A stretch of DNA of 63,493 nucleotides, filler included, from Octopus bimaculoides (GCF_001194135.2; 5 parts of 5 records of this genome joined end to end with filler, not necessarily neighbours in it); one strand, 5' to 3'. Positions 24,899-38,697 are shown, numbered from the whole stretch's first letter. Notes: a model not told the origin generated them from the sequence alone. A program made the numbers and translations.

Positions 24899-26689
24899 CG
24901 GTTTGTACACTGAGCGATGATAACTAAATATCATACAATAAAATTTAATGACATAATGTTGTGAACGTTATGCCTAACAGTTGAAATAACGAAAAGTTTT
25001 ACAAAAATAATTCAGAAAACTAATCCTTTTAAGTCATAGAAATCGGATCAATTCAATGAAAAAGTGTTTATGTGTTTCTAATGGCTACAACGACCCTGCT
25101 ATAATCTAATTGTTATTATTCGAATGTTCACTCGCTGATTAAATCATTTATCAAATACAATTCAGGAATACTATAGTTCTAATTTATTATTATTATTATT
25201 ACTATTAGAATTTCCGAACGCTGCGAGGTTGCGGTATCGTTAGAGCTCGATTGTAAAACGTCTGTGTTATGGCAGCTTTTTACAGTCTGTATACAAATCC
25301 GGCCAGGGACAATTTCGCCTCCCATCATTTCAGGGACGATGAAACAAAGTGCTACTCAAGTAATTGGGTGAATGGTACTATCTAACTTTTTATCTCAAAA
25401 TTCCTGGCCTTGTGTCCAAAATCAGAAACCGTTATTAAAATTCTTGTGATGGTCTTTGTTTTTCAATTTTTACAGTCTAGCTATTGATTATTAAACCCGT
25501 TTTTACCTTATTTCACAGTTTGGCGGACTCGTCAGTCGAGAAATAAAAATAAAATGTCTTAACCATGAACACGGCTCAAATGATTTGAAACTACCGAACG
25601 CTTCTTTATGAACTCGTTCCCTGCTTCGCAAGAAGAGCATACATTACACAATAAACAAATATAAATAAATATAATTATCTAAATATATGGTAGCACAAAT
25701 GGATAAAATATTAGCTGTTTTAATTAACTATATTTATTGTAATGGTTGACTCAATCTATTTCACTGTATTAATTTTCTTTTTTATCGAGATTTTACCCGT
25801 CTTTCTATACAAGATCTGGTCCAGTGATATAAAACAGCTAAATTCAATTATTCTTTATGTTTATAAATGCTGCAACATTTCTCTTTTTTTCTTTCTGATA
25901 ATGTTTGATTTTTTGTTTGTTTGTTTGCTTTTATTATTTTGGTTTGTTTGTTTTTTTACGAAATTTGAAAAACGTTTTTCTCCTTTACTTATCTTATGTT
26001 TTTTTTCTTTCTTTTTTACTTTTATTTATCTATACAACATTTCCAATGACCCTTTATTCCCCTGGCGAATTATAAATGTTCACATTAGAATATTGTTAAA
26101 CGAAGTGAAATAAATCCGTTAAGAATATCTCTCTCTCACTTAGCAACGAGATTTCAAACTTACTTCTACAAATCGAAATTGTTCTCTCGATAATTTAAGT
26201 GACCTACTGAACTCGTACATTTACTTCCCATTCAAATTCATTGTCTTTTCACTGGTTTCAATCACTGCATTGTTGTCACGCTGGGGTACAGCTTTCAAAT
26301 CGACCTTAGTACTTCCTTCTCGTACATAATTTTATTGTTCAATATTGAATGGAATCTAAGGCGGCGAGCTGGCAGAATCGTTAGCGCGCCAGGTGAAATG
26401 CATATGGGTATTTCATCGGAACATAAAGACATCTGTCTTTACCCCACCCCCGTGCCGGAGCCTCGTGGTGCTTTAGGTGTTTTCGCTCAATAAACATTCA
26501 GAACGCCCGGTCTGTGAATCGAAACCACGATCCTACGACCGCGAGTCCGCTGCTCTAACCACTGGGCCGTTGCGCCTCCACATTTTTGGCGATATTACGT
26601 ATTGTAGCTATAATAAAATTTTGTAATGCTTTATATATTCAAACAGTTACCAAAGAGAGAAACATTGCAACTAATTTATTTCCTTGTTT

Positions 26690-26805
26690 CCTATGAAAGA
26701 GACCGATAGAATAAGAACTAGGCTTACAAAGAATAAGTCCTGGGGTCGATTTGCTCGACTAAAGGTGGTGCTCCAGCATAGCCGAAGTCAAATGAGTAAA
26801 AGAGT
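26690..26805 (+). mobile_element. SINE (family B) 3' half
   Basis: GATAGAATAAG...AGAATAAGTCCTGGGGTCGATTTGCTCGACTAAAGGTGGTGCTCCAGCATAGCCG..GTCAAATGAG. Confidence 0.85.
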
Positions 26806-28634
26806 ATATATATGTAGCAGCTCGACCAAAATATTTCCCAGTGTTCTAAATCCGAAAGGGTTAAATTGGTTTAAGTATTCATTGTTTCGTGTTAAAAGAA
26901 GCCGTAAATCAGTAAAGATGCATCGTTAGTTTCGATAATTAAGACAGACAAGAGACCAGTTTTGGATCATCCGGTTTGGCAAGTGTTCAAAGTATGTTTT
27001 GTTAAGACTTTGATAAAGTACAGAGACATATTTCGTACAATCACCATTCAAGTCACAGACAACATCAAAACAAACACAAGCGGAAAAATAAATTAGCTAT
27101 CTGTGTCCAATCAAACATTTTCATATTTATCTTAAACGGCTTCGTTGACTTTTAGCTACAGTTTGTTCATTTCAGCTTCTGTCTTTCAACCATATTCATA
27201 CCGACAATGATTTTTTATTTTTATTTTTGAAGATAAAATTAAGTAGAATAGGAATAACTTCGAAATATTACAAAAGAAAAATGAAAATAGATAAATCTGT
27301 TTTTTTATTTTTTTCTAAACTTTGTGTAAAACGCTTCAAAACAGATCTGAATAAGAAAAATGTCAGTATATAAGATAACTTTCTAATACGGATATGGATT
27401 TTTATAGTTGCTTTCAAATATGCAGTTTCATAATGTGTTAACTGTCATTGCGCAGTCAGGGGTTCTCACTTAAAATTTTAACATCATGAACAAAAGCTAA
27501 CAAGGAAGTTTACGCAACAGAACTATTAAATAAACTCCTCTTGGGGCCATATCTGTCGTTTTATTGCGAAACTAAACGCATTATAACCAATACGAATTTT
27601 TTTCGGCTCTCTACGATCTCTGATCTCATACCGTCGAAGTTAACTTTGCCTGTCATCCTTTCAAGGTCGATAAAATGAAGTACCAGTTATGTATTAGGGT
27701 CGAGGAAATCGATTTGCCCCTCTCCTCAAGGTCTTTGGCCTCGTACTAGAATTAGAAATACTCTAAAACAATAATGAAGATAATGTTCTTCTTGCTGTTG
27801 ATGTTGTTTGATCCAGCAAACCTGAATGCAAAGGCATTCTAGTATTTACAATCATTTCTTTCTTTTTAATCGAGTTAAGTGCATCTAAGACTACATTAAA
27901 TCATGTCTGATTCATTTTTAATGACAGTACAATGGGATTTGAGAAGTAATTTGGTTGATATTTCTAGTAAATTGAGTGACCACGTCGAGGCTTCCGTGAC
28001 GTCTTGGAACAAGCCGATAATATTCAAATATGGCTTTCGAAATACGACTGTAGAAATCTCTAATCCAGTTCTTATCAGGGGTAAGTGTTGATATTACTAA
28101 GAACATGATAACGTTAATATAGAACTGTAGCATTTCCTTTCAATTCGCGTTGTCTTGACATACTGTCATGCGCACTCGAATGTTTTTCAGACAAATCCAC
28201 GTGATAGCAGCTGTTCGATATAACCCCACAGGTCAGCAATGCCAGGACACTGGACGAGTGCGGGCAGAGCAGTTTTGTCACTCTGTGCGCATCTCGGTCA
28301 AGCCCGTCTGGCTTCACATCCGTGCCTGTAGAGTTTATCTCGAACCGATAGCGCCCCCGGTGATACTGCCAGACCAAGGGCATCCGGAAATTATCCATGA
28401 TAGTTCCCGACCGGAAAGTCCTCCGGAACAGACTAGCCATTTCGTTTTCGTCGACGGCCAAAGTCTCCCCGAGAACGTTATCACACTTCCCTGCCAATAA
28501 CCCTCTATAAATTGCTAAATCGGAACATCCACCGATCTTATTGCCCGACTAGTAGAGGGATGTGAGCGCCTGACGACATTCTAGGTGTCAGGCGCCCAGT
28601 CTCGATTTTTTTCTTCACGTCAAGGAGACGAGCT

Positions 28635-28850
28635 GCGAAAAGACGCTTACCGTCCAGAAATCGTTGCAGTGCGTAATTGGTACTTATTTTATCGACGCCA
28701 GTGCGTAACTTGTACTTATTTTATCCACCCTGAAAGGATGAAAGGCAAAGTCGACCTTGGTGGAATTTGAATTCAGAAGGGAAAAAAACGGACGAAAATC
28801 CGCCAAGCATTTTTCCCGATGTGCTAACGTTTCTGCCAGCTCGTTGCCTT
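28635..28850 (-). mobile_element. tRNA-derived SINE (family A)
   Basis: Plus strand GTACTTATTTTATC..CCCTGAAAGGATGAAAGGCAAAGTCGACC...GAATTTGAA...GTGCTAACGTTTCTGCCAGCTCG; another minus copy at ~30030-30165. Confidence 0.85.
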
Positions 28851-29202
28851 CGTAACACAGGTGATAACTTACTAACGGAGGGGTCAGCAGAATTATAATA
28901 TGAGGGACGAAAATAATTCCATTTCAAATGATTACCAATATCAAAACATGCCTTTCTCCTCGACGATAAGGGGAATAAGAAACAGATGAGACAACACAGA
29001 AGATGTGAAGATTTTTCTGAGAGGCAATCGAAATATTTATAACCTGTTTATTACGGTGGTGGGGAGACACATTAATACATACAAAATAAAACTAGTAAAA
29101 TATTAACAATTCTGGAGAAAACTGATCAAAATATCCATTTAAGAATGGTGTGACGAGTATATATGTACTTGAGTATTACATCCAGAGCAATATTGTTAAT
29201 TT

Positions 29203-29275
<73 letters not shown>

Positions 29276-29895
29276 GTGGTAGGTAGGTCGGTAGGTAGGT
29301 AGGTAGGTGGATAAATTTGTTGTTTAGGATGTGGGCGCTTTTTCCGTTTCTCGTAGCAGGTGGAGTTAAGGAATATTGCCAGATAGTCACTGCTGCTACT
29401 AATACTACTACCACTGCTGCTGCTGCTGTTGTTGTTGTTGTTGTTGTTGTTCTCGTTGTTCTTGTTGCTACTCTAACTACTGTGCAATAGTTGTACTTTT
29501 GACACGTGATCCACTCCCCTCTTACGATTTCGTATTTGCAGTACTCCTCTCCCCTTCTCTACTTCATCTCTCTCTCTCTCTCACTTCCTCTCTCTCTCTG
29601 TCTCTGTTTCGTTCGCTCATTCGCTCTTTCCGTTCCTTTACTCTCTTAGCTTTGGCATCATTTCAGAAGGAGATGAGAAGTGAAGAAATACAACCACTCA
29701 ACACAGTATTTATTGGCATCCATCTTGTTTTCTTCACTGTCCGAGGTGTTTAATGAAATTTCAATAGACTCTACATGAACACATCGTTTCATATGGATTT
29801 TTTGATATTTGTGGAACACTTGTTTAGGCAAATACATTTATTAGGAAGAAACAAGCTCTGATATTCAGAGAAACACTCTGTGAAAACTCGGGGGA

Positions 29896-29939
<44 letters not shown>

Positions 29940-30966
29940 TGATGATGATGATGATGATGATTTCAATATTTAAGACAAGGTCAGTAATTTTGAGGAAGGG
30001 GTAAGTTTATTACATAGATCCCAATGTTTAGCTGATACTTAGTTTATCCATCCCAAACGGACGAAAGGAAATGTCGACCTGCGCGGAATTTGAACTCAGA
30101 ACGTAAAGACAGACGAAAAAGCATTTCGCCCGGCGTGTAAGCGATTCTGCCAGCTTGGCACCTTAAAAGAAGAAGAAGAAGAAGAAGAAGAAGAAGAAGA
30201 AGAAGAAGAAGAAGAAGAAGAAGAAGAAGAAGAAGAAGAAGAAGAAGAAGAAGAAGAAGAAGAAGATTTGCTTTTGAAACGTACTTCAATTTCCTTTACA
30301 TTGCGTAAATTATTTATATCTATGGTGTTAGTAATAATCAAATATGTTTCAAATGTTAAATCAAGATTTAATAAAGTGTCATGTTATGTGGGCAATTTAC
30401 ATAAAGCTGAGCATCTGATCTAACAAGTTACAGTGTCAGTTCTAGAAGACAAAGAACCACTTATATCAAAGAACAGAATGTGCCAGCGCATATTCAAGAA
30501 CCTATTGTTAATCCATGATTTTATCTGTAGATAGAGATGAAACAATTAGCACAGCATTGTCAAACTACATACGGTACTTGAAGGATCCCAACTTTGATAT
30601 TACTCAGAATGCAATAGACTTCAGTAATAAGTACACTTATTCTCCCGTAGTCCCTTATAGTGAGACTAAATATAAAATACTGCATCCGCACCAAATCTAC
30701 AACCACCTTAAGTACAGAGATCAGAATGGAATTTACAAGCGCCATCAAGTAAAATTTCATTCTTTCTATTGTGAAGGGAATTATCGATCCAGACCAAAAG
30801 TAGATATACCATACATACATGCACAGGCATGCGTACATATATAAATGCATACAGAAATACACACACACACACACAAACAGATTTATATATATGTATATGT
30901 TTATAGCCTAGATATATATATANNNNNNNNNNNNNNNNNNNNNNNNNNNNNNNNNNNNNNNNNNNN

Positions 30967-30978
30967 TTAATTAATTAA
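30967..30978. other. Artificial six-frame-stop scaffold spacer
   Basis: TTAATTAATTAA between 44-N runs. Confidence 0.93.
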
Positions 30979-32638
30979 NNNNNNNNNNNNNNNNNNNNNN
31001 NNNNNNNNNNNNNNNNNNNNNNATTATTTTATCTTATAAATTAAGGAATCTGATGTTATTTGGAATTAAAGTTGGGAAATTTGGGCAATTTTAGCCAGTC
31101 AACAGACAGCATGGCATTAGTAGCTTGTTACCATGACAACAGGATGCTGTGTTGTGGTTCACTTCACTGTTATCTGTGATGCATGTTGTTCAATGTTGAT
31201 TTTTTACAATTGATTCTTCACACCACGAGATTCTTTTCACCTGTTTTTAATTTTTCTGTGTTAGTATTTTTCTGTGCTTTTTGTGTATATTTTCTTATCA
31301 TAGTTTACAAATCCAAACATGAAAACGTTACTCAACTTCGGAGATTTGGAGACAGACACCCGCTTTTCACGTACACACACTTATAAATTAATGATGTACA
31401 TAAATACATGGCAGGTATACATGATACTGAAATGCGCATAAAGTAAACACATGCAGACAAATAGGTTAAACTAAAGTGTTTGACCCGAGCAAAAAACAAA
31501 AGAAAAATAGTGTAATAGATGTAAAATAACTTGCCTTAAATGAATAGTTGTCCAATTAGATGAGAGGAATTAGCAGTAAAAATTACCCCTCCCCAAATAC
31601 CAGCAGAATTCTTAATACCCACTACTAGAAGGACTTTATCTTCTCCACAGGAAAAAATAACGGAGTACCTCATCACAAAGTTCAAAAAGTTGGCAGATTA
31701 TTATTATTGTTGCTGTTGTTGTTGTTATTATTATTATTATCATCGTATCAACAACTCCTCAAGAAATAATTTCCATATAGACCCCTCCACAACATACAAA
31801 ACTGACACACACGCACCCAACAAATTTTAACATATAAACAGCTTTCCAAACGCAACGAATAACGTTCATGCCAGGGATCATGTATGTATGGGAATATTTA
31901 AATATACATATATGTATGTATGTACTTATGTGTGAGGGGATAGATATATATGTGTATGTCCTCCTCACATGTGGTGACAGTGACTGTTGACTATTTTGGT
32001 GTGCATGTGCAGCCATCTGTGTATGTGTATCTGGACACACATATGTACTCATCTATCTATGCTCTTGTATCCATATATATCTATGTATGGTTATGTATAC
32101 ATGCATAGGCATGTATATTGGAGTTTTTATAACTACTTATATGGTTTTATATACTGTTTGTAGGCTTTTTTATGAGCCTTATATTTTTATATTTTCCTTT
32201 TTTATTTTTATTTTTTATTTTTACTTTATTCTTATTTTATATTTGTATTGAATTTTGTAAATCTCTGAAGAGGCCTAGCAAATCATACAGGTACTGCCAT
32301 TACATCATTTTCATCTATTAATTACTCCGGCATACAAGAGCTATAGAGATAGAATGGGGCATGCCAACACTAGGCTGAAACAGCTGTAAGTTTCTGACCC
32401 TTCTCCAATTGCTAAATGTCCTTTATATTTGAAATCAGAATTGTTAATATGACATGGTATGTCATAAGTGTCTATATATTGTGTTCTTTGTCAATTTAGT
32501 TATAAAATAAACAGATTAATCAACAGAATACATTGTCTGCAAGTCAATAGGTACCGCATATTCTCCTCCATTTTCTCAATTATATATATATATATATACA
32601 CACACACATACACACACACACACACACATATATATATA

Positions 32639-35600
32639 CTAGCAGAAGTGCCCAGCGTTGCTCAGGGCTTAATTGTTTTAAAGTACTGTTGATGATTCTA
32701 CTCAATTATGATTATTGAGGAAAGATTGCTATAAGTTGACGACCAACCAATCGATTTGCAACTGGACAGAAAGCCCTGCCAAGAGCATTGCAACACTCTG
32801 AGAAGGGGGTAACAATAGAATGCGAGGTGGCCCTGAAAAGGCTGTTTTATTGTTCTCACAATTGTAACAATGTCTTAGGTAGTCATGTAAGGATGTGTAA
32901 AACGTTTGCAAGTGAATACGGCATCTTCCTTTCCCATCAACGGTAGTGGACGTGCTGTTACAAAACTTCATGGTCTATGGAAACAGAATAGATGTCCTAT
33001 GGTGGGAAGATGAGGATTAATCATGGGTTAGTAAATACGGGTAAGTTTGAAAATATACAACAATAGCATCTACTCACCATATGTCAGATGGGAAAGACTA
33101 TAGTGGTGCTGAATAGATGAATCAGAACACGTGTCTCGTGAAGCTGTTGTGTAAAATGACCTGTTGCTTTAGAATAGTTTGTATTTGATGTAAAATGTAA
33201 TGGTGTAAAATATAATGGTGGGAGAGAGGATGTATGTATTTAGTTTTATCGACTGTTTAAGTGTTGTTATTTTATGTAAATTGTAATGGTATGTAAGAGA
33301 TAGTTACTTCTTCGTGTAATTATTTTTATCCATTTGTTTCATTGATCATTGTTATGATTACATTTGTTGTTGTATGAAATGATATGTTGCTTGGTTTTCA
33401 AATAGTATCTTGCGATAATGTTGCTGATGTAGTAAACTGTGATGGTGAGAGAGGAGATAGAAGGGGGAGATGTATCATGCACATTGGATGTAGAAGATGA
33501 GGCTGGTGTACTGACGAAGTGAGTGAAATAGAACTGAGCAGAGTGCAGGTGTTGGTGAAGTGTGAAGTAATTGCAGGGAACCGCCTAAAAATGTAAATCT
33601 CATAATAAAAGCATTGTTGACTCTTTGAGAGTTGTATGGAATTGAAATACTAAGCTGTCCATCATCCTCTGATGCCTGCCCAATGGGTGTTGGTGAGTAA
33701 CAACAGGTGACTTTTGATCAGGGTCTGATTTGTAATAAAGTTTTGTAACACTGCGAGAATCAGCGTTTTTACAGCTGATATTTGGGAGTGTCAAGTGCAC
33801 TGCAATGAATATGAACCTACACCTACTTAGAAATTACTGATGAAAAGTAAGAAATTTAAAAAATTGTTTAAATTAATAAAATTAGGAATCGAAGTAATCC
33901 TATAAAACTTCCTTGTATACAATGTTTTTTGTTTTTTCTTGTGGAACGAATGCGAAAGCATCACGCTTGCAATCAACGTAAAGCTGACCATGAGAGAAAC
34001 ACGGCTCCCCTAAATGTATTCCTGTGACAGACAGTGTTTGCCCCTGTGCTTTGTTAATTGACATTGCAAAGCATGGCCTCACTGGGAACTGGGACCTCCG
34101 AAATGTGAAAGGTAGGTCTGCTGCTGATGAGAAAAGATGCATTCTGGGTATGAAGACAACGTTGCCTCGACTGCACCGTGATTATCGTGGCCTCAATCAG
34201 TTTGGGAGATAAGGACTTAATGATTAAATGTGTGCCATTGCATTGTTTAGGCAAAACCAAATTTCGAATGAGCCATTATGGGGGCACCAACTTTAAGTTT
34301 GAGAATGTGTGGGGGTAGTCCAGGGGGCTCAAAGGAATTTAGTACTTCTATTGGATAGTTGATGACGTCCTCAGGGTCAGGAGTTGTATCAATAGACTTA
34401 TATATATAGCCATCCCCAGGAATGATTTTTAGCATTTGATCATTAATATGGTTAACAGTTGTATTCTTCGGGGCCAGAATAGCCCTTTGGTCAATCCAAT
34501 CCATATTATGATAATTTGCTTGGAGATCTGGGAAAACTGCATCATGCATCAGTGAGATCAGAAGGCGTATTAACAATGGTATAAAGTGAATCAATGGCAA
34601 TATTACCTTTTCATCGCAGGGAGTGAGAAATTTCTGCTGATGCTACATCATCTCGCATATGAGCCCGCATGTTAGTGTGAAGTTTGAGAGTCTTCACCAG
34701 GGGCCACAATGCAGATGACTTACGACGCGCATGTACTGTATCAGCTCTATTCCTCTTGGGAATAACTGGCAGTGTTTGCCTGAAGTCCCCTGAAAGAAAA
34801 AATGTTATGCCTCCCATGGGAACTGTAGAGTCTTTGATGTCTCTCAGAGATCTATCTAGCGCCTCAAGAGCACCTCTGTGGGCCATTGTATATTCATCCC
34901 AAACGATAAGCTTGCATCGTCTGAACACTTCTGCCTGATCTGAGCTGTTACTGATGTTGCAAATTGGTGTGTCCGTCTTCGCTAAGTCAAGAGGGAGCTT
35001 GAAAGCGGAGTGAGCTATCCTGCCACCTGGCAACAAAGTAGCCGCAATTCCAGATGATGCCACAGCTAAGGCAATGCCTTGTGTTCGCCTAATCTCAGTC
35101 AATATTAATTTTGTCACAAAAGTTTTGCCAGTTCCCACAGGAGCGTCGAGGAAGAAAATCCCCCCAGCTTTGTCCCGGACAGAATTAATAACGGAGTTGT
35201 AAGTGAACTTCTGTTCTGGAAGGAGCTTTGGCTCATTGTTTGCTATGTACTGGGCAAGTTCGTCAACATTATAACATGTCTCACGCAGCAAATCAGAAGA
35301 CAGTGTGTTTGGGCGTTCCCGGTTTGTTGAAGGTAGGCCATACACTACCAACGCACTCCCGCCCATATTGAAAACAGTATCTCCGATTTCAAGCAGCGCT
35401 CTGTTGTAAATGAGGTCACTGTACTCGACGTCGATTGATGGATTTAGCAAGTGAACCTGATACAGGAAATCTTCAGACATGTAATTTTTGTAGGTCAGCC
35501 ATAAAGAGACGGGATCACCCAAGTCGCACCATAGGAGTAGAATAGAGAAAAGCGATCTTAGTCTTTTAGGGGATTTTAACAAAACGCCCTCCACCATAGT

Positions 35601-36434
35601 GGCGACCCATTGTGAATCGTCCTCCAAAAGTCCACGCCTGAAGCAGGCTTCGCGGAAAGTGTCACATAATTCACCGTCAACAGTTCTTATGTCTTGAAAG
35701 CTTTGTGGGCCGACAACGTCATGAAGGAGAAGGTGAAGGTGAAAACACTCTCCTTAGACAACTGTTAAACTTGAAACAGAGATGTCCTTGAACATCCTGA
35801 CCTGACTTCCTACGCACCCAAGTGTTCTTTGACCACACATAGTAGGACGGAACCTGAGAGTATAAAAGTGTTTTGGCAAATGTGTCAATTTGGGAAAGCC
35901 TAAAAAAACCAGTCAAAGTTGTTTCTTTTGGATTGACTGCCAATAGAGCAGCAGTCTGTTCAGTAAAATAAGTCTGCTGGCTGTTTTCCAAATGAACTGC
36001 TAGTTGTATGATGGCGGTGTTCCTTTGGTGAAGCAGAAACCCGAATATCCGCCAAAAAGCTTTACCACTGCTGATATATCGACCTGCCAAGTAGTGCAAT
36101 ATTTTGTCCATGCTATTGTCCTTTTGAAGGCCGAACATGGCAGCGTCCGAACCCTTGTTAACATATTTACATATGTACTTAATTGATTTTACTGAATGAC
36201 AGAACTCCACATTTATATGAGCATTGAAAATTTTCATCAGTAATGGACAGTATGGGACCACCCATCTATTATCATCTTGATGACCCTGTAAGGTTATAGT
36301 GAATCCCCCATTCTCAGGCCGCCTTCATCTGTACAGTGGATATGCATTGCCAGCAGTCTGGGTCTCATCCACGAAACTCTTTGTGTATCGTTTAGTGCAC
36401 ACATGGTCTTTGTGGCATGAGGAGAATTTTTGAA
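32639..36434 (-). mobile_element. Helitron (Rep-PIF1 helicase), decayed autonomous type; 5' part lost in a gap
   Basis: Canonical 3' end on minus strand: hairpin GCCCTGAGCAACGCTGGGC (32650-32668), then CTAG (32639-32642), then T. The RepHel relic lies at 33900-36420. Confidence 0.93.
33900..36420 (-). pseudogene. Helitron RepHel pseudogene (at least 4 frameshifts)
   Basis: Rep: YPLYR..., DNRWVVPYCPLL, HINVEFC, IKYICKYVNKGSD. PIF1-like helicase: FFLDAPVGTGKTF, VASSGIAATLL, LIVWDEYTM, GDFRQTLPVI, NGTHL, QFPVRPCFAMSINKAQGQTL, FSHGQLYV, NIVYKEVL*. Confidence 0.93.
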
Positions 36435-36579
36435 NNNNNNNNNNNNNNNNNNNNNNNNNNNNNNNNNNNNNNNNNNNNNNNNNNNNNNNNNNNNNNNNNN
36501 NNNNNNNNNNNNNNNNNNNNNNNNNNNNNNNNNNATATACACACACACACACACACATATATATACATACATACTTATA

Positions 36580-36730
36580 ACAGGCTTCTTTCAGTTTTTG
36601 TCTACCAAATCCACTCAAAAGGCTTTGGTGAGCCCAAAGCTATAGTAGAAGACCATCACCAAAGGTGCCACACAGTGGGACTGAACCTGGAAAGATGTGG
36701 TTGGGAAGCAAACTTCTTACCACACAGCCA
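36580..36730 (-). mobile_element. SINE (family C)
   Basis: AAATCCACTCA.AAGGCTTTGGT...CTATAGTAGAAGAC...AAGGTGCCAC.CAGTGGGACTGAACC...GTGGTTGGGAAGCAA.CTTCTTACCACACAGCC. Confidence 0.85.
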
Positions 36731-37749
36731 CCTCTGCGCCTACATACTTTACTATTTTCAACTAAATGTATGAGTCATTTTTTTTTGATATCTGGTAGAA
36801 AGAGTCAAAGAAATGGAGAACCACAACATTAAAGTATCAGAGATAATAATATCCAGCGTTTTTATTCTGGTCCTTTGCAGCCAGAGTTCAAATCGTAGTA
36901 ATGTTCACTGATCAGTTCTTCCTTCCAGGGTTAGCAAAGTATCGCCGAAGTAATAAGAACAATTCTTCTCTCAGAATTGGTTGCAAGCTGGTGGAGAGGC
37001 TGTGTAGTTCTAGTTCTCTACTACTATTGCAGTGAGATGGCAGAATTTTTAGTGTGATGGAAACATGCTTAGCAGAATTTCTTCCAGTTCTTCACATTCT
37101 CAGTTCAAATACCACCAAAGCCAACCTTCTGGGGTCAATACAATAAAGTACCAGTCAAGGACTGGGAGCAATGTAATCCATCTGCCTACTCTCTTCAAAA
37201 CTGCTGGCCTTGTGCCAAAAATTAAAAAGAAGTATTATTCTGAGGGTGTTGATCTTGTAGAATTATTGAGGCATCAGAAACAAATGTTTTGCCATATAAG
37301 AAACGAATATGCAACGTAACAGCCACTTCTACTGGGCCACAGTCCAAGGAAGCAAGTGTCAATGCGCTGAGCAATAGTTCTAGACATCTAATTACAGATA
37401 ATTTTAACTAATTATTTATGGCTTTTGAACTGTTTGCTACCAACACACTTGAACCTTCCATTCCAATTTTCATAGAAAACCATTTCAAGTTATGTTCAGA
37501 ACAGCACTCAAGAAGCTATTTTACTTCATCATTTTACTTACCTTAATTATTTTCAACCTTAGTTTAAACACATGGATAGTGTAACCATAGGTTGTGAATA
37601 GATAATTAATGGCTGCAATGTTTCTTTTTACTGTGCAGTTGTTGAAATTATATATTTTTCTATGTCAAAGCATCAAAAAAAAAAAATCAATAAAACAAAA
37701 TTAAGAATAATGACATATCTCTGAGGTTGCCTTTCTTTTTTTTTTTTAC

Positions 37750-37903
37750 CTGGAATCACATGACGAATATGATGAACAAGATCAAGATAAGCTTCTCTTG
37801 TATATCCACGTCGCATCTGTTCCAAGATAAAGTTGTTACCACTTTGTGCAGGGAGGTGAATCTGTTTGCAAATATTGGGCTTTTCTTTGATTAACTGCAA
37901 CAC
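37750..37903 (-). CDS. CDK5RAP1: CDK5RAP1 exon: [22 protein letters not shown]...[21 protein letters not shown](G)
   Basis: Strong recalled match to MiaB/CDK5RAP1 ([16 protein letters not shown]). TAG acceptor and GTAAAA donor; 154 nt, phase 0 to 1. Confidence 0.95.
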
Positions 37904-38178
37904 CTAGATTCAGGAGAAACTCAATTTGCATTGATATAATAACAAATAACAATTCTCTTTTGAAACAAAAAAATTATATCAAATCATTGAAATGGAAGCA
38001 AAATGTTTGGGAGGTTAAATATTCTGTGTTCTAGTTTTTTGTTCAAATGACAAAACAAGGTACCATGACCTAAATATAAAACTCATCATGTTAAAAAGGA
38101 ATGTTCTAGCTTGGTAGTTCTCAGTATCTTTGACTTTTTGCTACACAAGATGAAATAAGTACAATTACTGGTGCACTT

Positions 38179-38216
<38 letters not shown>

Positions 38217-38463
38217 TTTTAAAGTTAAAAATTTAGAAAAGGTATTAAAAAAAACCCCATTATTGCTTACTTTGCTTTATTAATCGTATTTGTGTATCCA
38301 ATGCAAATGATGCATTGGATAATCTAGTCACATAGATGAAGCAATGATAACTATTGCCTTCAGAAGTACCAGCATCAATACAAGAGTAGTTTTATGTACA
38401 ACTACTTGACCTATTAGAAATAGCAGCCAAATCAACTTTCTATTGAAAATAAACATTTCTTAC

Positions 38464-38697
38464 TGAATCTGGGAAATCCTTTGGATGAGGTGATGTAAAA
38501 CGGATTCGCATTTCTGGATTTATGGAAGCAACTTTGTCCAATAAGTCAGCAAAACGCAGTCCTCCTTTTTTAGTTTTATATACTGTTTTAAAGCCTGGTG
38601 CCATCTGTGTGGGGTTGAGGGCAACATCACTTTGCCATGTGGAAAGGTCACGGTAACTATTCACATTCTGACCCAAAAGTGTGACTTCCTTGATGCC
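38464..38697 (-). CDS. CDK5RAP1: CDK5RAP1 exon: [17 protein letters not shown]...[12 protein letters not shown]...[16 protein letters not shown]
   Basis: MiaB motifs [12 protein letters not shown] and [15 protein letters not shown] acceptor and GTAAGA donor; 234 nt, phase 0 to 0. Confidence 0.97.

Noticed and set aside
34611-35627. Host PIF1 helicase gene
   Set aside because: Intronless, frameshifted, fused to Rep motifs and bounded by a Helitron 3' terminus.
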